The notes beneath the pieces are model-generated. The model was not told the origin of the DNA. It ran no database searches and saw only the letters and a program-made list of their open reading frames with translations. Shown piece by piece: positions 1 through 9,379 of a stretch of DNA of 64,000 bases (within the stretch, counting starts at the first letter, position 1; every line of letters begins with the position of its first letter). The position numbers were made by a program, and so were the translations under genes. Origin of the DNA: Dehalococcoidia bacterium (GTDB lineage: Bacteria; Chloroflexota; Dehalococcoidia; SHYB01); the NCBI GenBank assembly GCA_965220155.1, contig OZ244810.1:3445298-3509297 (forward strand), read 5' to 3'.

Positions 1-897
1 GAATACTCCGATGCCCATTGGTTCGACGCCGGGTCGCAGGTCCGGGCGATGAACACGGAGGGGATCGACATCACCGTGCTCTTCCCCACACGCGCGCTAT
101 TCGTGGTCGACATCGACGGCATGGACCCTTACTACGGCGACGCCATCGCCCGGGCCTACAACGACTGGATGTACGACTTCTGCCAGGAGAGCCCCGAGCG
201 GATGTACGGGGCCGCCTGCATCAGCCCCCACGACATCGAGATGGCGGTCTCGGAGACCCGCCGATGTGTCGAGAAGCTGGGCTTCAAAGCGATTTACCTT
301 CGCCCGATCGTCATGAACGGGCGCAACTGGTACGACTCTTTCTATGATCCCCTGTGGGCTGAGTGCCAGTCGTTGGGGGTGCCGGTCTGCTTCCACGACG
401 GCGGGAGCGCGCGGTCGGTGTCGGAAACGGCGAAGATCGGGACTCACTTTCACTCGTTGATGCTTTCGCATACGGCGGGCTGGCACGCGCTGCAGATGGT
501 GACGGCCTCCGTCGCCTTCTGCGGCGGCGGCGTCCTGGCGCGCTTCCCCGATCTGAAGGTCGCGTTCCTGGAGGGCAACTGCTCGTGGGTGCCGTGGATG
601 ATGTGGCGGCTGGACGAGCACCAGGAATGGCGCGGGTTCGAGGCGCCGGAGCTGACGATGCGCCCCTCCGAGTACTTCAAGCGCCAGTGCTACGTCTCCA
701 TCGAATGTGACGAGTCGCCGGCCCGCTACATGGACGCCGAGGGTTACGGCCGAAACGTCGTCTTCTCGACGGACTATCCCCACCCCGACTCGAAATTCCC
801 CAAGGCGGTCGACAGCTTCATGGAGCTGGAGCTTTCCGAGGACGCTCGCGGCCGCTACCTGTGGGACAACTGCGCGCGCCTTTATCGGTTTGACTAG
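1..897 (+). CDS. Amidohydrolase-2 (PF04909/ACMSD-like) family metal-dependent hydrolase, 5' partial (frame continues upstream of window)
   Basis: ORF 49..897 in the same frame as position 1 with no upstream stop; FHDGG and HPHPD-type motifs typical of the PF04909 TIM-barrel amidohydrolases; paralogs elsewhere in window. Confidence 0.75.
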   Translation, partial: EYSDAHWFDAGSQVRAMNTEGIDITVLFPTRALFVVDIDGMDPYYGDAIARAYNDWMYDFCQESPERMYGAACISPHDIEMAVSETRRCVEKLGFKAIYLRPIVMNGRNWYDSFYDPLWAECQSLGVPVCFHDGGSARSVSETAKIGTHFHSLMLSHTAGWHALQMVTASVAFCGGGVLARFPDLKVAFLEGNCSWVPWMMWRLDEHQEWRGFEAPELTMRPSEYFKRQCYVSIECDESPARYMDAEGYGRNVVFSTDYPHPDSKFPKAVDSFMELELSEDARGRYLWDNCARLYRFD

Positions 898-993
898 CCA
901 GGCATCGCAGTTAGCTCAAACTGGATGCCGGCGGGATCATGAACGACTGGCGGTTTGACCAGCCAGGCATCGCAGTTAGCTCAAACTCGATCT
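886..993. repeat. Tandem direct duplication (about 65-bp period) of cggtttgac(t/c)agccaggcatcgcagttagctcaaact, first copy overlapping the stop codon of the upstream CDS
   Basis: Two near-identical 42-bp copies at 886-928 and 951-993 read directly from sequence. Confidence 0.7.
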
Positions 994-1062
994 GAGCCAA
1001 CGCCGCGCCGGCCATCGGAAGGAGGGCGGGCGCGACGGCCGCCCTGTTGCCGGGCAAAAAAG

Positions 1063-1096
1063 AAACCCCGGACGATGACCGTCCGGGGTTTCTTAG
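1063..1096 (-). terminator. Rho-independent terminator for the minus-strand SBP gene
   Basis: Minus-strand reading gives GC-rich hairpin aaaccccggacgg/ccgtccggggttt followed by TTTTTT. Confidence 0.7.
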
Positions 1097-1112
1097 CCGG
1101 TTCCGGATAGCC

Positions 1113-2849
1113 CTACTGGTCCAGCCAGAGCTGCTCGTGCCGGAAGATGTTGTGGTGGTTAAAACCCACGTTGGTGTAGTAGTTCTTCACGAAGGGCTGG
1201 TGCCCGATGAAGGACACCCGGTTGATGGCGGGGATATAGGCCCCGTAGTGCTCTTCGAGGATGATCCGCTGAACCTCGAACAGCATTTCTGCGCGCTTGG
1301 CAGAGTCCAACTCCCTGTCCTGCGCAGCGAGCAGCTCGTCAAGCCGGGGGATGGACCAATTGCCGTAGTTGCTCGAGCCGTCGGACAGCACCCAGTTGCT
1401 CAGGTAGTTCGCGGGGTCGTCGAAGCTGATGGACGCGGTGATCTGGTAGATGTCGAAGTCGCCACGCAACACGCGCTCGGTGTTCTCGCGGCCGGTCCCC
1501 GTAAGGAGGTCCGTCTTGAAGCCGAGGCCTCGGACTGTGTTTTCGGTGATCGACCCCCACTCGGGCCATGACGTGCTCGAGAGGATGGTCATGGTGAATT
1601 GGCTGGGGTCGACCCCGGCCTCTTTCAGCAGGGCCTTGGCCTGTTCGATCTCCGCCGGCTTGTCGCTGCCCCAACCCGGCTGGCCCTTCAGAAACGCTTC
1701 GGGGATACCCCATCGGCCACCCAACTCCGGCGCCAGCAGAGGAGCGGAGTAGGGGCTGCCGGCGCCGCCGCGCCAGATGTCGATCAGCGCCTGACGGTCC
1801 ACAGCCAGGTGGAACGCGCGCCGGGCCCGCTTATCGGTCCAGGGCGCCCGCTGGTTGAGGACGTAGAGGGCGGGACCCTGTCCGACCGTTACCGGAACCC
1901 ACCCGGTCGACTCAGTGAGACGCCTGACGATGTCGGGGTCAAGCTCGTTGCTGTTGAATGACGTGACGTGCAGCCGGGCGGTCCGGAAGGCCGCGATGAC
2001 GGTGTCGCCGCGGGCGAAGGTGTACTCGACCGCGTCAAGGTAGGGCAGGCCCTCTACGAAGTAGTCATCGTTCCGTACCAGGGACATGCCCTCCTGGGGG
2101 CGCATGTCTTCTAGCTTGAACGGGCCTGTGCCAACGGGATCTTTCTCGAACGCTTCGAGCTCCTCCGGGAACGGGATATGCGCCGGGTACATCAGGAAGA
2201 CGTTCCTGCCCATCACCCCGAGCAGTGAATTACTGGCCTCCTTCAGGCCCACGCGCACCGTGTATTCGTCGACCTGGGTGACGCTGTCGATGACCGCAAA
2301 TGCGTTCTTGAAGAATCTCATCGCATCGGAGCGCGGCTTCCAGGCCCTATCGATGTTGTAGGCCACGTCCTCGGCAGTAAGGGGGTCGCCATCGTGGAAC
2401 CGGATCCCCTTGCGAATCGAGAAGGTGAGCGTCTGACCAGCGTCGCTGTACTCCCAGCTCTCGGCGATGTCGCCGTAGAGGGGGCTGCCTTCCGCATAGT
2501 TGTCCGGCACCACGAGGTTGTTGTGCACCGGCTGCCAGATCTCCTCGCTTGCGAGCGCGGGTCCGCCGTTCTCGAAGCTGTCGTAGCCATAGGGCTCACT
2601 GGACAGGGCGGGGGCGTGCAGCGTGCCCCCCAGCTTTCCGGCTGTGGGCAACGACGTCATATTGAACTTGCCCATCATCATGGCCTCGGGCGTGGGCGTG
2701 GGCGTCGGCGGTACCGGCGTCGCCGTCGGGACCGGGGTTGCCGTCGGCTGAGGTGTGGCCGTCGGGTCCGCGCCACCGCATGCGGCGACGATAAGTGTGA
2801 CCGCGGCAACTGCGGCGAAGACGAGATGCTTCGGCCCAAGTCTCTTCAT
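1113..2849 (-). CDS. ABC transporter substrate-binding protein, family 5 (peptide/nickel/opine-type), lipoprotein
   Basis: Signal peptide plus lipobox (LIVAACGG), Pro/Thr-rich linker, family-5 SBP length and motifs. Start placed at internal ATG 2849 with GGAGGA RBS. Paralog of 24735 and 26691. Confidence 0.8.
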   Translation of the reverse strand: MKRLGPKHLVFAAVAAVTLIVAACGGADPTATPQPTATPVPTATPVPPTPTPTPEAMMMGKFNMTSLPTAGKLGGTLHAPALSSEPYGYDSFENGGPALASEEIWQPVHNNLVVPDNYAEGSPLYGDIAESWEYSDAGQTLTFSIRKGIRFHDGDPLTAEDVAYNIDRAWKPRSDAMRFFKNAFAVIDSVTQVDEYTVRVGLKEASNSLLGVMGRNVFLMYPAHIPFPEELEAFEKDPVGTGPFKLEDMRPQEGMSLVRNDDYFVEGLPYLDAVEYTFARGDTVIAAFRTARLHVTSFNSNELDPDIVRRLTESTGWVPVTVGQGPALYVLNQRAPWTDKRARRAFHLAVDRQALIDIWRGGAGSPYSAPLLAPELGGRWGIPEAFLKGQPGWGSDKPAEIEQAKALLKEAGVDPSQFTMTILSSTSWPEWGSITENTVRGLGFKTDLLTGTGRENTERVLRGDFDIYQITASISFDDPANYLSNWVLSDGSSNYGNWSIPRLDELLAAQDRELDSAKRAEMLFEVQRIILEEHYGAYIPAINRVSFIGHQPFVKNYYTNVGFNHHNIFRHEQLWLDQ

Positions 2850-3086
2850 TCGTTGTCCTCCAGGCATGTTCCCCCAACTCCAATAGCCGGTAAGTTGGGA
2901 ATTCGCCGAAGACGATAACCCTGTCGCACGGCCGTGTCAACTCTTGGCGCTCAGGCGCACTCGGGCATCGTCCGGGACCGCCGGGACCTTGTCTCTCGAA
3001 CTCAGTGGAGTGGGCGGGCCTGGAGCTCGCGGTGATAGACCCGTCGGGGAGCACGAGGCCGGGTGCCGGAGCTGATCAAGGCGGTG

Positions 3087-4130
3087 TCAGTCCAATACGA
3101 CACAGGCCCGGCCGGCCAGCTCCATCCGCTCGATGCTCCGCAGGGCCTCGCCGGCCTCCTCAAGTCGGCACAGCCTGGTGACTACGGGCCGCACCTGCCC
3201 TCGGGCGACCACTTCCACCGCCTCCGCAAGCTCCTGCCTGGTGCAATACCGTGAGCCGGTGAGGACGATCTCGGTGCCTACGAGATGGCCCGGACTGATC
3301 TCAAGCACGGCCTTCGTGTCGTACGATCCGACGAAGATGAGCCGTCCACCTTTCCCCAAACTCTTCAGGCTGGCCTCGAGGGTCTGCGGTAAGCCGACCA
3401 TCTCCACGACGGCATCCACGCCCCGGCCCCGCGTGAGGTCTCTCGCGGCCTCATCGATGCGGGCATCGCGAGCGTCTATGACGTGGTCGGCACCCATCTT
3501 TGTCGCCAGGGCCAGCTTCTCGGCGCTGATATCCACCGCAATGACCCTGGCCCCGAGCAGCTTCGCCATCTGCACCATGTGAATTCCGACCCCTCCACCC
3601 GCTCCGGTAATCAGCACCGTCTCGGGGGCCTGGACGCGGGCGCGCTCGCGCAGCACGTGCAGCGGGGTGCAGACCGCATCAGCCGTCACCGCGGCGTCGA
3701 CGTAGTCCAGCTCAGGCGGAATGCGGCACAGGTTCCGCGCGGGCAACACGACATAATCGGCCAGGCCTCCATCGGTCTGGACGCCGACGTACCCCGCGTG
3801 GCGGTCACACAGGTCTTCGCGGCCCACGTTGCACCATCGGCAGTCGCCGCAGGTGAGATAAAAGTACACGTTGACCCGGTCGCCTCGATGGAAGCCGGCG
3901 ACTCCCTCGCCCGTCCCCACGACGTCGCCCGCGATTTCGTGGCCGATGATACGAGGGAGCTTCGCGGGAAGGTCGCGCTGGCCCATGCGGCCTTTTAGGT
4001 TCCAGACAAGGGTCAGGCCAAGACCGCAAGCGCGTACTTTGACCAGAGCTTCTCCAGGGCCGGGCCGCGGGTCGTGGACCTCTTGCAGAACGAGGGGACC
4101 GTTGGCCTCGCTCAAGAACAGGGCCTTCAT
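3087..4130 (-). CDS. Zn-dependent alcohol dehydrogenase (MDR superfamily)
   Basis: GHEIAGDVV catalytic Zn motif, CGDCRWC structural Zn motif, GAGGGVG Rossmann; GGAGGGA RBS. Confidence 0.85.
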   Translation of the reverse strand: MKALFLSEANGPLVLQEVHDPRPGPGEALVKVRACGLGLTLVWNLKGRMGQRDLPAKLPRIIGHEIAGDVVGTGEGVAGFHRGDRVNVYFYLTCGDCRWCNVGREDLCDRHAGYVGVQTDGGLADYVVLPARNLCRIPPELDYVDAAVTADAVCTPLHVLRERARVQAPETVLITGAGGGVGIHMVQMAKLLGARVIAVDISAEKLALATKMGADHVIDARDARIDEAARDLTRGRGVDAVVEMVGLPQTLEASLKSLGKGGRLIFVGSYDTKAVLEISPGHLVGTEIVLTGSRYCTRQELAEAVEVVARGQVRPVVTRLCRLEEAGEALRSIERMELAGRACVVLD

Positions 4131-4349
4131 GGCCGCACCTCCCTCCGGGGCTCGTCCGCGCCACTATCGGCCCTTTTGCGGGCATCGGCAACACCGGGGT
4201 CTGCTCGCCCGCAGGCACCGTGGTCCGAATTGGCACCGCCGCGGCGTGCGGGTGGGTTGCCGCTGGAATGCAAACCGGCTGCGACTCCTGCTATTATCCA
4301 GCTCAAACGCCGAGGTGATCCGGCACATATCCGCGCACAAGAGGACCCG

Positions 4350-5483
4350 ATGAGCGAACCCCTGACGTCCGAGGTTGTCGAAGTTGATAGCGTATCCGCG
4401 GCGATGGACCTCGCGTGGGAGGAGGGGTGGACGGACGGTCTGCCTATCGTCCCGCCGACGGCAGACCGGGTCGCCCGCTTTCTGGAGGCCGGGGGCAGGG
4501 CGCCAGGCGACATTATCGGCGCGTACAAGGTCCGGAACCGAGAGATCAACGCGGAAAAGGTCGCCATCAACGCGGTCATGGCGGGCTGCAAGCCGGAGTT
4601 CATGCCCATCGTGAACGCGGCGATCGAGGCCGTCACTGACGAAGAGTTCCACATGAACCACATTGCCAGCACGTCCAGCCCTTGGCCGGCGTTTGTGGTC
4701 AACGGGCCCATCGCGGAGGAGGTCGGCCTCAACGCTGGGCTCTACGTGCTTGGCCCCGGCAGACGCGCCAACGCGACCATCGGACGGGCGGTCAGCCTCA
4801 CCCTGGCGAACTGCATGGACGCGAAGGTTGGGGGTGTCCAGCAAGGGGCAATGGGAAGCCCGTTTCGCCTAGGCGGGATGGTGATCGCCGAGAAAGAAGA
4901 TGATGTCTGGGAGCCGTTGTCGGTCATGCGGGGCTTCAAAAGGGGTGAGAGCGTCGTGACGGCTTTCAGCACCATGGAGGGCCCGCAGGACGTCCGCATT
5001 TACGGAATGCCCCATGTCGACACTGCCGAAGGGCTCACCTCGGTCCTCGCCGAGTATATGTCGGAGGGCTTCTTCTCCCCCGGTCCTCACCTTGTTCTTT
5101 TCTCTCCCTCCTGGCACCGGCTCTATCTGGAGGATGGCTGGTCCAAGCAGGACGTCATCCAGTACCTCGAAGACCATACGAGGAGCAGCGTTGCCCGGTT
5201 GCGAAGAAAGGGACGCCTGGGGCTCTACAAGGCCCACGAGGACAACCTGCATGAAGAGGAGTCCTCCGATATCGATCGGCTCATGGAGCCCGCCGAAAAC
5301 GGCGTGCCAATCATCGAGCCCCACGAGGAGGAGGAGTTCATGTACCACGCAAGGTCGGAACACCGCAGAACAGAGTATTCCGTGGCCGTGGCAGGTGGAG
5401 AGGTCGGGGCCTTCGCCATGATCTTCAAGCCGTACCCGACGGGACCGAACACCGTGAGCAAGGCCGTTCGCAAAGCGGGTTAG
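4350..5483 (+). CDS. Conserved uncharacterized protein, partner of UGSC selenoprotein (paralog 1 of 3)
   Basis: Start at ATG 4350 (AAGAGGA RBS), in frame inside longer GTG-start ORF. Shares motifs EGWTDGLP..PPT, AVMAGC(K/R)PEYMP, NH(I/L)ASTSSPWP, TIGRA(I/V)SLTLANCMDA with ORFs 45171 and 46350. Confidence 0.75.
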   Translation: MSEPLTSEVVEVDSVSAAMDLAWEEGWTDGLPIVPPTADRVARFLEAGGRAPGDIIGAYKVRNREINAEKVAINAVMAGCKPEFMPIVNAAIEAVTDEEFHMNHIASTSSPWPAFVVNGPIAEEVGLNAGLYVLGPGRRANATIGRAVSLTLANCMDAKVGGVQQGAMGSPFRLGGMVIAEKEDDVWEPLSVMRGFKRGESVVTAFSTMEGPQDVRIYGMPHVDTAEGLTSVLAEYMSEGFFSPGPHLVLFSPSWHRLYLEDGWSKQDVIQYLEDHTRSSVARLRRKGRLGLYKAHEDNLHEEESSDIDRLMEPAENGVPIIEPHEEEEFMYHARSEHRRTEYSVAVAGGEVGAFAMIFKPYPTGPNTVSKAVRKAG

Positions 5484-5513
5484 CCGAGCATAGTCAGAGA
5501 AGGGGTGAACGCG

Positions 5514-6080
5514 ATGGCCGATACAGGACGGCTGACACTGCTGGACCCTACGCTCCCCTACCCGAGCACCAAGGGTAAGCTAGCACCGCGCCTCGATACC
5601 CTGAACGGAAAGGTCGTGGGGTTCCTCGGGAACTCGTTCCCGGGCGCGGACAGAATGCTGGACAGAGTCCAGGAGATCGTCTCCTCAAAGTACGAACTGG
5701 AGGGGATGGTGGTCCGGCACAAGAGCTACCTGGGCGAACCGGCAACCAAAGAGATGTTCGATGAGATGGTCTCCTCCTGCGATGCCGTCTTCACTGCGAT
5801 AGGCGCTTGAGGCTCATGCTGCTCGGCCCTTGGGGTCGACGCGTTCGCTTTCGAGGAGAAGGGCATCCCGGTAGCAGCCCTGGCCATCGATACCCTGGTC
5901 GACAACGTCGGCAAGATGATCGGCCGGCTCCATGGATTTCCGGAATATCCGTACGTGATCATCCCCGCGCCGTTCATCGAGGGGGTGATGATCCCTGAAG
6001 ACATGTGGGAGCAGAAGATCCAGGACGCGGTGACGAAATCTGAGGAGCTTCTGACCGGTACATCGATCTCCGCCGGCTAG
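5514..6080 (+). CDS. UGSC-motif selenoprotein; in-frame TGA at 5808-5810 read as selenocysteine
   Basis: ORF 5505/5514..5810 ends ...FTAIGA-TGA and the same frame continues GSCCSALGVD... to TAG 6078-6080. Homologous over the whole length, including across the TGA, to the 47536 gene; hairpin 13 nt downstream of TGA. Confidence 0.75.
5823..5839 (+). other. Putative SECIS-like stem-loop downstream of the UGA of the UGSC gene
   Basis: ucggccc/gggucga stem (one G-U), 3-nt loop, starting 13 nt after UGA. Positionally and sequence-conserved with the hairpin at 47826. Confidence 0.55.
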
Positions 6081-6236
6081 GGCGTGTTCACACTAGCTGT
6101 GAGGCAAAGGCTTGCCAAAGTCGTGGCGGGGCTAAGGTGTCTGGCGGGCAGCGTCTTAGATTCCTCGGCTGCGCCTCGGAATGACACGGGGGGAGCGCTT
6201 TTCGTGTAGCGCGAGCATCGTGTAAACAGGCCCTAG
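6077..6236. mobile_element. MITE-like repeat, copy A (TIR gggcgtgttcacac / gtgtaaacaggccc, TA flanks)
   Basis: About 90% identical to copies at 13495 and 58943. Imperfect 14-bp terminal inverted repeats flanked by TA on both sides (within CTAG). Confidence 0.6.
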
Positions 6237-6288
6237 CGGTGGTCTCCTGCGGGGACCGCCCATCAGGCGGGGCCAGCACCGATCGAGT

Positions 6289-6322
6289 AGCAAAAGGGCG
6301 GCGGGTCAACCCGCCGCCCTTT
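6289..6322 (-). terminator. Rho-independent terminator for the minus-strand amidohydrolase gene
   Basis: Perfect 13-bp stem aaagggcggcggg/cccgccgcccttt, followed on the minus strand by TTTTG. Confidence 0.6.
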
Positions 6323-6356
6323 GAAATGCCGCTTTCGCCGATCGGCAGCGCCGCAG

Positions 6357-8048
6357 CTAGCGGTACTGACTGCTCTTGAGCACCTTGCCGGGGAGGTTGC
6401 CTGCCTCTTTTCCCTCCCAGATGGTGGGCTCGCCGTTGACCAATACGTATGGGACCCCATCCGCCTTCTGGACCCACCGCTTGAGGCCACCTGGGAAATC
6501 GTATATCAGCTCCTTGTCGTGGGCATCGATCCTGTCCGCATCGAAGACCATGACATCGGCTGCGGCCCCGACCCTGAGGGTCCCTCGGTCCCTGATGCCC
6601 AGATAACGGGCGGGCAAGGACGTGATCTTTCGAATACCTTCCTCGAGGCTCATCGCTCCACGGTCGAGGACCCATCGACGCAGGAAATAGGTGCCCTCGC
6701 CCGCTTTGCATTCAGCGCCCAAGTGGGCCCCCGCGTCAGAGACCATTGGCACGGCATGAGGGATGCTGTATGTCCGGGCCTTTTCTTCGTCGAACCAAGT
6801 GGACTCCGGCTGAAGGCGGGTCTCCAGCGTAGTCTTCAGGTCCTCGGAGACCACGAGGTCCAACAGGGCGTCCGCCAGGTGCTTGCCCTGCTCCTTGGCG
6901 ATCTGAGGGATGCTCATGCCTTCGAAGCGGCCGTTATCGGCCTTGTCCGCCTTCTTCACCGTCACGAGGTCCCAGTTGATGCGGGGCCGGCGCATCTTGA
7001 GACCGTCCATGGCGGCCTCTGCGTCGACCTCATCACGGAGGGTCTGCCGCAAGCTCGGGTCGCCGTACCCTTTCAGCCGCTCTGGGACCGGGCGGTCCAT
7101 GATCTTCATCCAGGTGTCCATGCTGTTGAAGTGGGTGGTGGTGTCGTGGAAGCTCACGAACTTATAGAAGGGCTGGCTGCCGGTGACCCCCCAGATCGCG
7201 GCCCCCTTCGCGGACGCGGCCCCCATCCATTCCCATGCGTCCCCGCCACCGAAACCGTTGAGCTGGATGGGCCTGCCGGAGGTCGCAGCCATGGCCATGA
7301 TCAGGTCCTTGTCCTCGGTCGTCATCCCCCGGAATAGGCCGCTGGGGATCAACCCCATGGATGTCGAACCAAGGTTTCGAAGGACGCCGGCCAGCTCGAG
7401 GAGCTCCTCCCTGGCGGCCTGCCGACTGGGGACAGGACGGGCCTCCATGTCGAAGTGGCTGGGCGCCAACGACGTCGTGAACCCGAAGGCGCCGGCATCC
7501 AGGCCGTCTCTTAGCACGCCCTTAAGCTTTATCACCTCTTCCGGGGTGGCGGTCCGCTCGAGGGCCTCCGGACCCATGACGTAATAGCGCATCGTCGAGT
7601 GGCCCAACATCGTCACCGCGTTAACCCCGAGCCCGTGGTCCAGGGAGGCTAGGTACTCGGGGAACGTCACCCAGTCCCAGGCGATCTCGGTCCTGAACAG
7701 GTCCAGGGGCATCTCCTCGACCCGCCCGAACATGCGGATGATGTAGTCCCGGTCCTCCGGCTTGACCGGCGCCATGCTGTACCCGCAGAGTCCCATCATC
7801 ACCGTCGTCACGCCATGCCACGATGACGATGAGCCCTTGGGCTCGAAAAGCAGCTGTCCGTCCATGTGCGTGTGCGGGTCGATGATCCCGGGGGAGACGC
7901 ACAGGCCGCTGGCGTCGATCACGCGATCTCCGCCGGTGAGCCGCTCGGCGATGGCCGTGATCCTGCCTTCGTCGATGAGCAGGTCACCCTCGTACCGGGC
8001 AGCCCCGGTGCCATCGATGATAGTGCCGTTCTTGATTAACGTACTCAT
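6357..8048 (-). CDS. D-aminoacylase / N-acyl-D-amino-acid deacylase family amidohydrolase
   Basis: IDPHTHMDGQ metal-binding motif and overall length typical of the family; start at ATG 8048 with AAAGGAG RBS (internal to longer ORF). Confidence 0.8.
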   Translation of the reverse strand: MSTLIKNGTIIDGTGAARYEGDLLIDEGRITAIAERLTGGDRVIDASGLCVSPGIIDPHTHMDGQLLFEPKGSSSSWHGVTTVMMGLCGYSMAPVKPEDRDYIIRMFGRVEEMPLDLFRTEIAWDWVTFPEYLASLDHGLGVNAVTMLGHSTMRYYVMGPEALERTATPEEVIKLKGVLRDGLDAGAFGFTTSLAPSHFDMEARPVPSRQAAREELLELAGVLRNLGSTSMGLIPSGLFRGMTTEDKDLIMAMAATSGRPIQLNGFGGGDAWEWMGAASAKGAAIWGVTGSQPFYKFVSFHDTTTHFNSMDTWMKIMDRPVPERLKGYGDPSLRQTLRDEVDAEAAMDGLKMRRPRINWDLVTVKKADKADNGRFEGMSIPQIAKEQGKHLADALLDLVVSEDLKTTLETRLQPESTWFDEEKARTYSIPHAVPMVSDAGAHLGAECKAGEGTYFLRRWVLDRGAMSLEEGIRKITSLPARYLGIRDRGTLRVGAAADVMVFDADRIDAHDKELIYDFPGGLKRWVQKADGVPYVLVNGEPTIWEGKEAGNLPGKVLKSSQYR

Positions 8049-8212
8049 GGACTCACTCCTTTCGCCGATGGAAGACGATGCCATTCTACGGCATGCAGTC
8101 CGAAATACGCAGCCGTCGGCGCGTCCTCAAGGAACGCGCCGGCCACAGCAATGGGCCGTCCGTGCGGATCCCGTCCGTGCAGATATTGCGGCTTGCGGGG
8201 TCGTCGGCGCCC

Positions 8213-9379
8213 CTACGCCACCTCGACGCGAGAGTAAAGCCGGGCCGGGTTCTCGCTAAAGACCTTTCGCTTCTGATCGTCAGTGATGTCCGTGCGCTCG
8301 GCCACGGTCTGAACGGAGCCGGGAAACTTGGCGTCATAGTGCGGGTAGTCCGAGGCGTACACGACGGTGCTCCCCAAGGTATCCAGCACAAAGGGGAGGG
8401 AGACTTCGTCCGGGTCGAAGGAGACGAAGCAGCGGCCGGTCTTGAAAAAATGGCTCGGCTCGTGCTTCAGCAGCGGGACCGTCTTCGGGAGCAGCTCATA
8501 GTGCTCATCCAGCCGCTCGGCCCACCACGGCAGCCATCCGCATCCCGCCTCCAGGAAGGCGACCCGAAGCTTGGGGAATAGCTCGAGGACGCCTCCGCCA
8601 ATGATGGTGGTTACGGCGCGCATCTGCTCGTAGGGGTTGCCGGAGGCGTGCATCTGGAACCAGGCTTCGGTCATCTCCCAGACCCCGAGGCCGTAGGGAG
8701 GCCCCGCAGCGCTTTGGTGGTGGATGGTAATAGGGATGTCGAGTTCCTGGGCCGTCCGCCACAGGGGATGGAAATCGGGGTGGTCGAGCTGCTTGTCGTC
8801 CATGTGTGTTGAGGTGAAGAAGCCCACCACGCTGGGGTCCTCGGCAGCCCGGAGCATCTCCTGAACGCCGGTCTCGATATGGCGCATGGATACGGGCGCC
8901 ACGAACCTGAGCCGGGGACTCGTGCTACAGAAGTCGGTCATCCAACGGTTGTAGCCCTGGTAGATCCCCGCCTCGAGACCGACGTCGTCCAGCGCGCTGT
9001 AGAAATTCATGGTACTGGGGAAGATGACCATGGTATCGATCCCCTCATCGTCCATGTCCAGCAGGCGCCCCTGGGCGTCGAGGGGGTCGATATAGGACCT
9101 GGTGCCCGGCTTGTTCGCGGAGGTCGAGCCCAGATCGGCTGGCTCTTTGGGATCGATGATTCCAAGAGGACGTCCCATCCCTACCTTCCGCTTCCCGGAC
9201 GCCCCAAGAGTCCACCCAGGCTGTGATGGGTCGTCATTCTTCCTGACCCGGTCAAGAATCCCCGCGAGTCCTGGCCCTCTGTCCCTGTCCATGTATCTAT
9301 CGGCCATCTGCTGCTGCATGTCGATTGATTCGACAATGTGACCGTCAGCGTCAATGACTTGGTAGCCAAACCGTCCCAT
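8213..9379 (-). CDS. Amidohydrolase-2 (PF04909) family hydrolase
   Basis: N-terminus MGRFGYQVIDADGH typical of family. Start at ATG 9379 with GGGAGGG RBS. Long upstream extension of the ORF is Arg/Pro-rich junk. Confidence 0.8.
   Translation of the reverse strand: MGRFGYQVIDADGHIVESIDMQQQMADRYMDRDRGPGLAGILDRVRKNDDPSQPGWTLGASGKRKVGMGRPLGIIDPKEPADLGSTSANKPGTRSYIDPLDAQGRLLDMDDEGIDTMVIFPSTMNFYSALDDVGLEAGIYQGYNRWMTDFCSTSPRLRFVAPVSMRHIETGVQEMLRAAEDPSVVGFFTSTHMDDKQLDHPDFHPLWRTAQELDIPITIHHQSAAGPPYGLGVWEMTEAWFQMHASGNPYEQMRAVTTIIGGGVLELFPKLRVAFLEAGCGWLPWWAERLDEHYELLPKTVPLLKHEPSHFFKTGRCFVSFDPDEVSLPFVLDTLGSTVVYASDYPHYDAKFPGSVQTVAERTDITDDQKRKVFSENPARLYSRVEVA

Noticed and set aside
4074-4349. Long N-terminal extensions of ORF-track calls (4074, 9811, 24666, 28572, 43700, 54545 starts)
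   Set aside because: Extensions are low-complexity, start with GTG/TTG far from any RBS, and each gene has an internal ATG/GTG with a good Shine-Dalgarno at the position where family homology begins.
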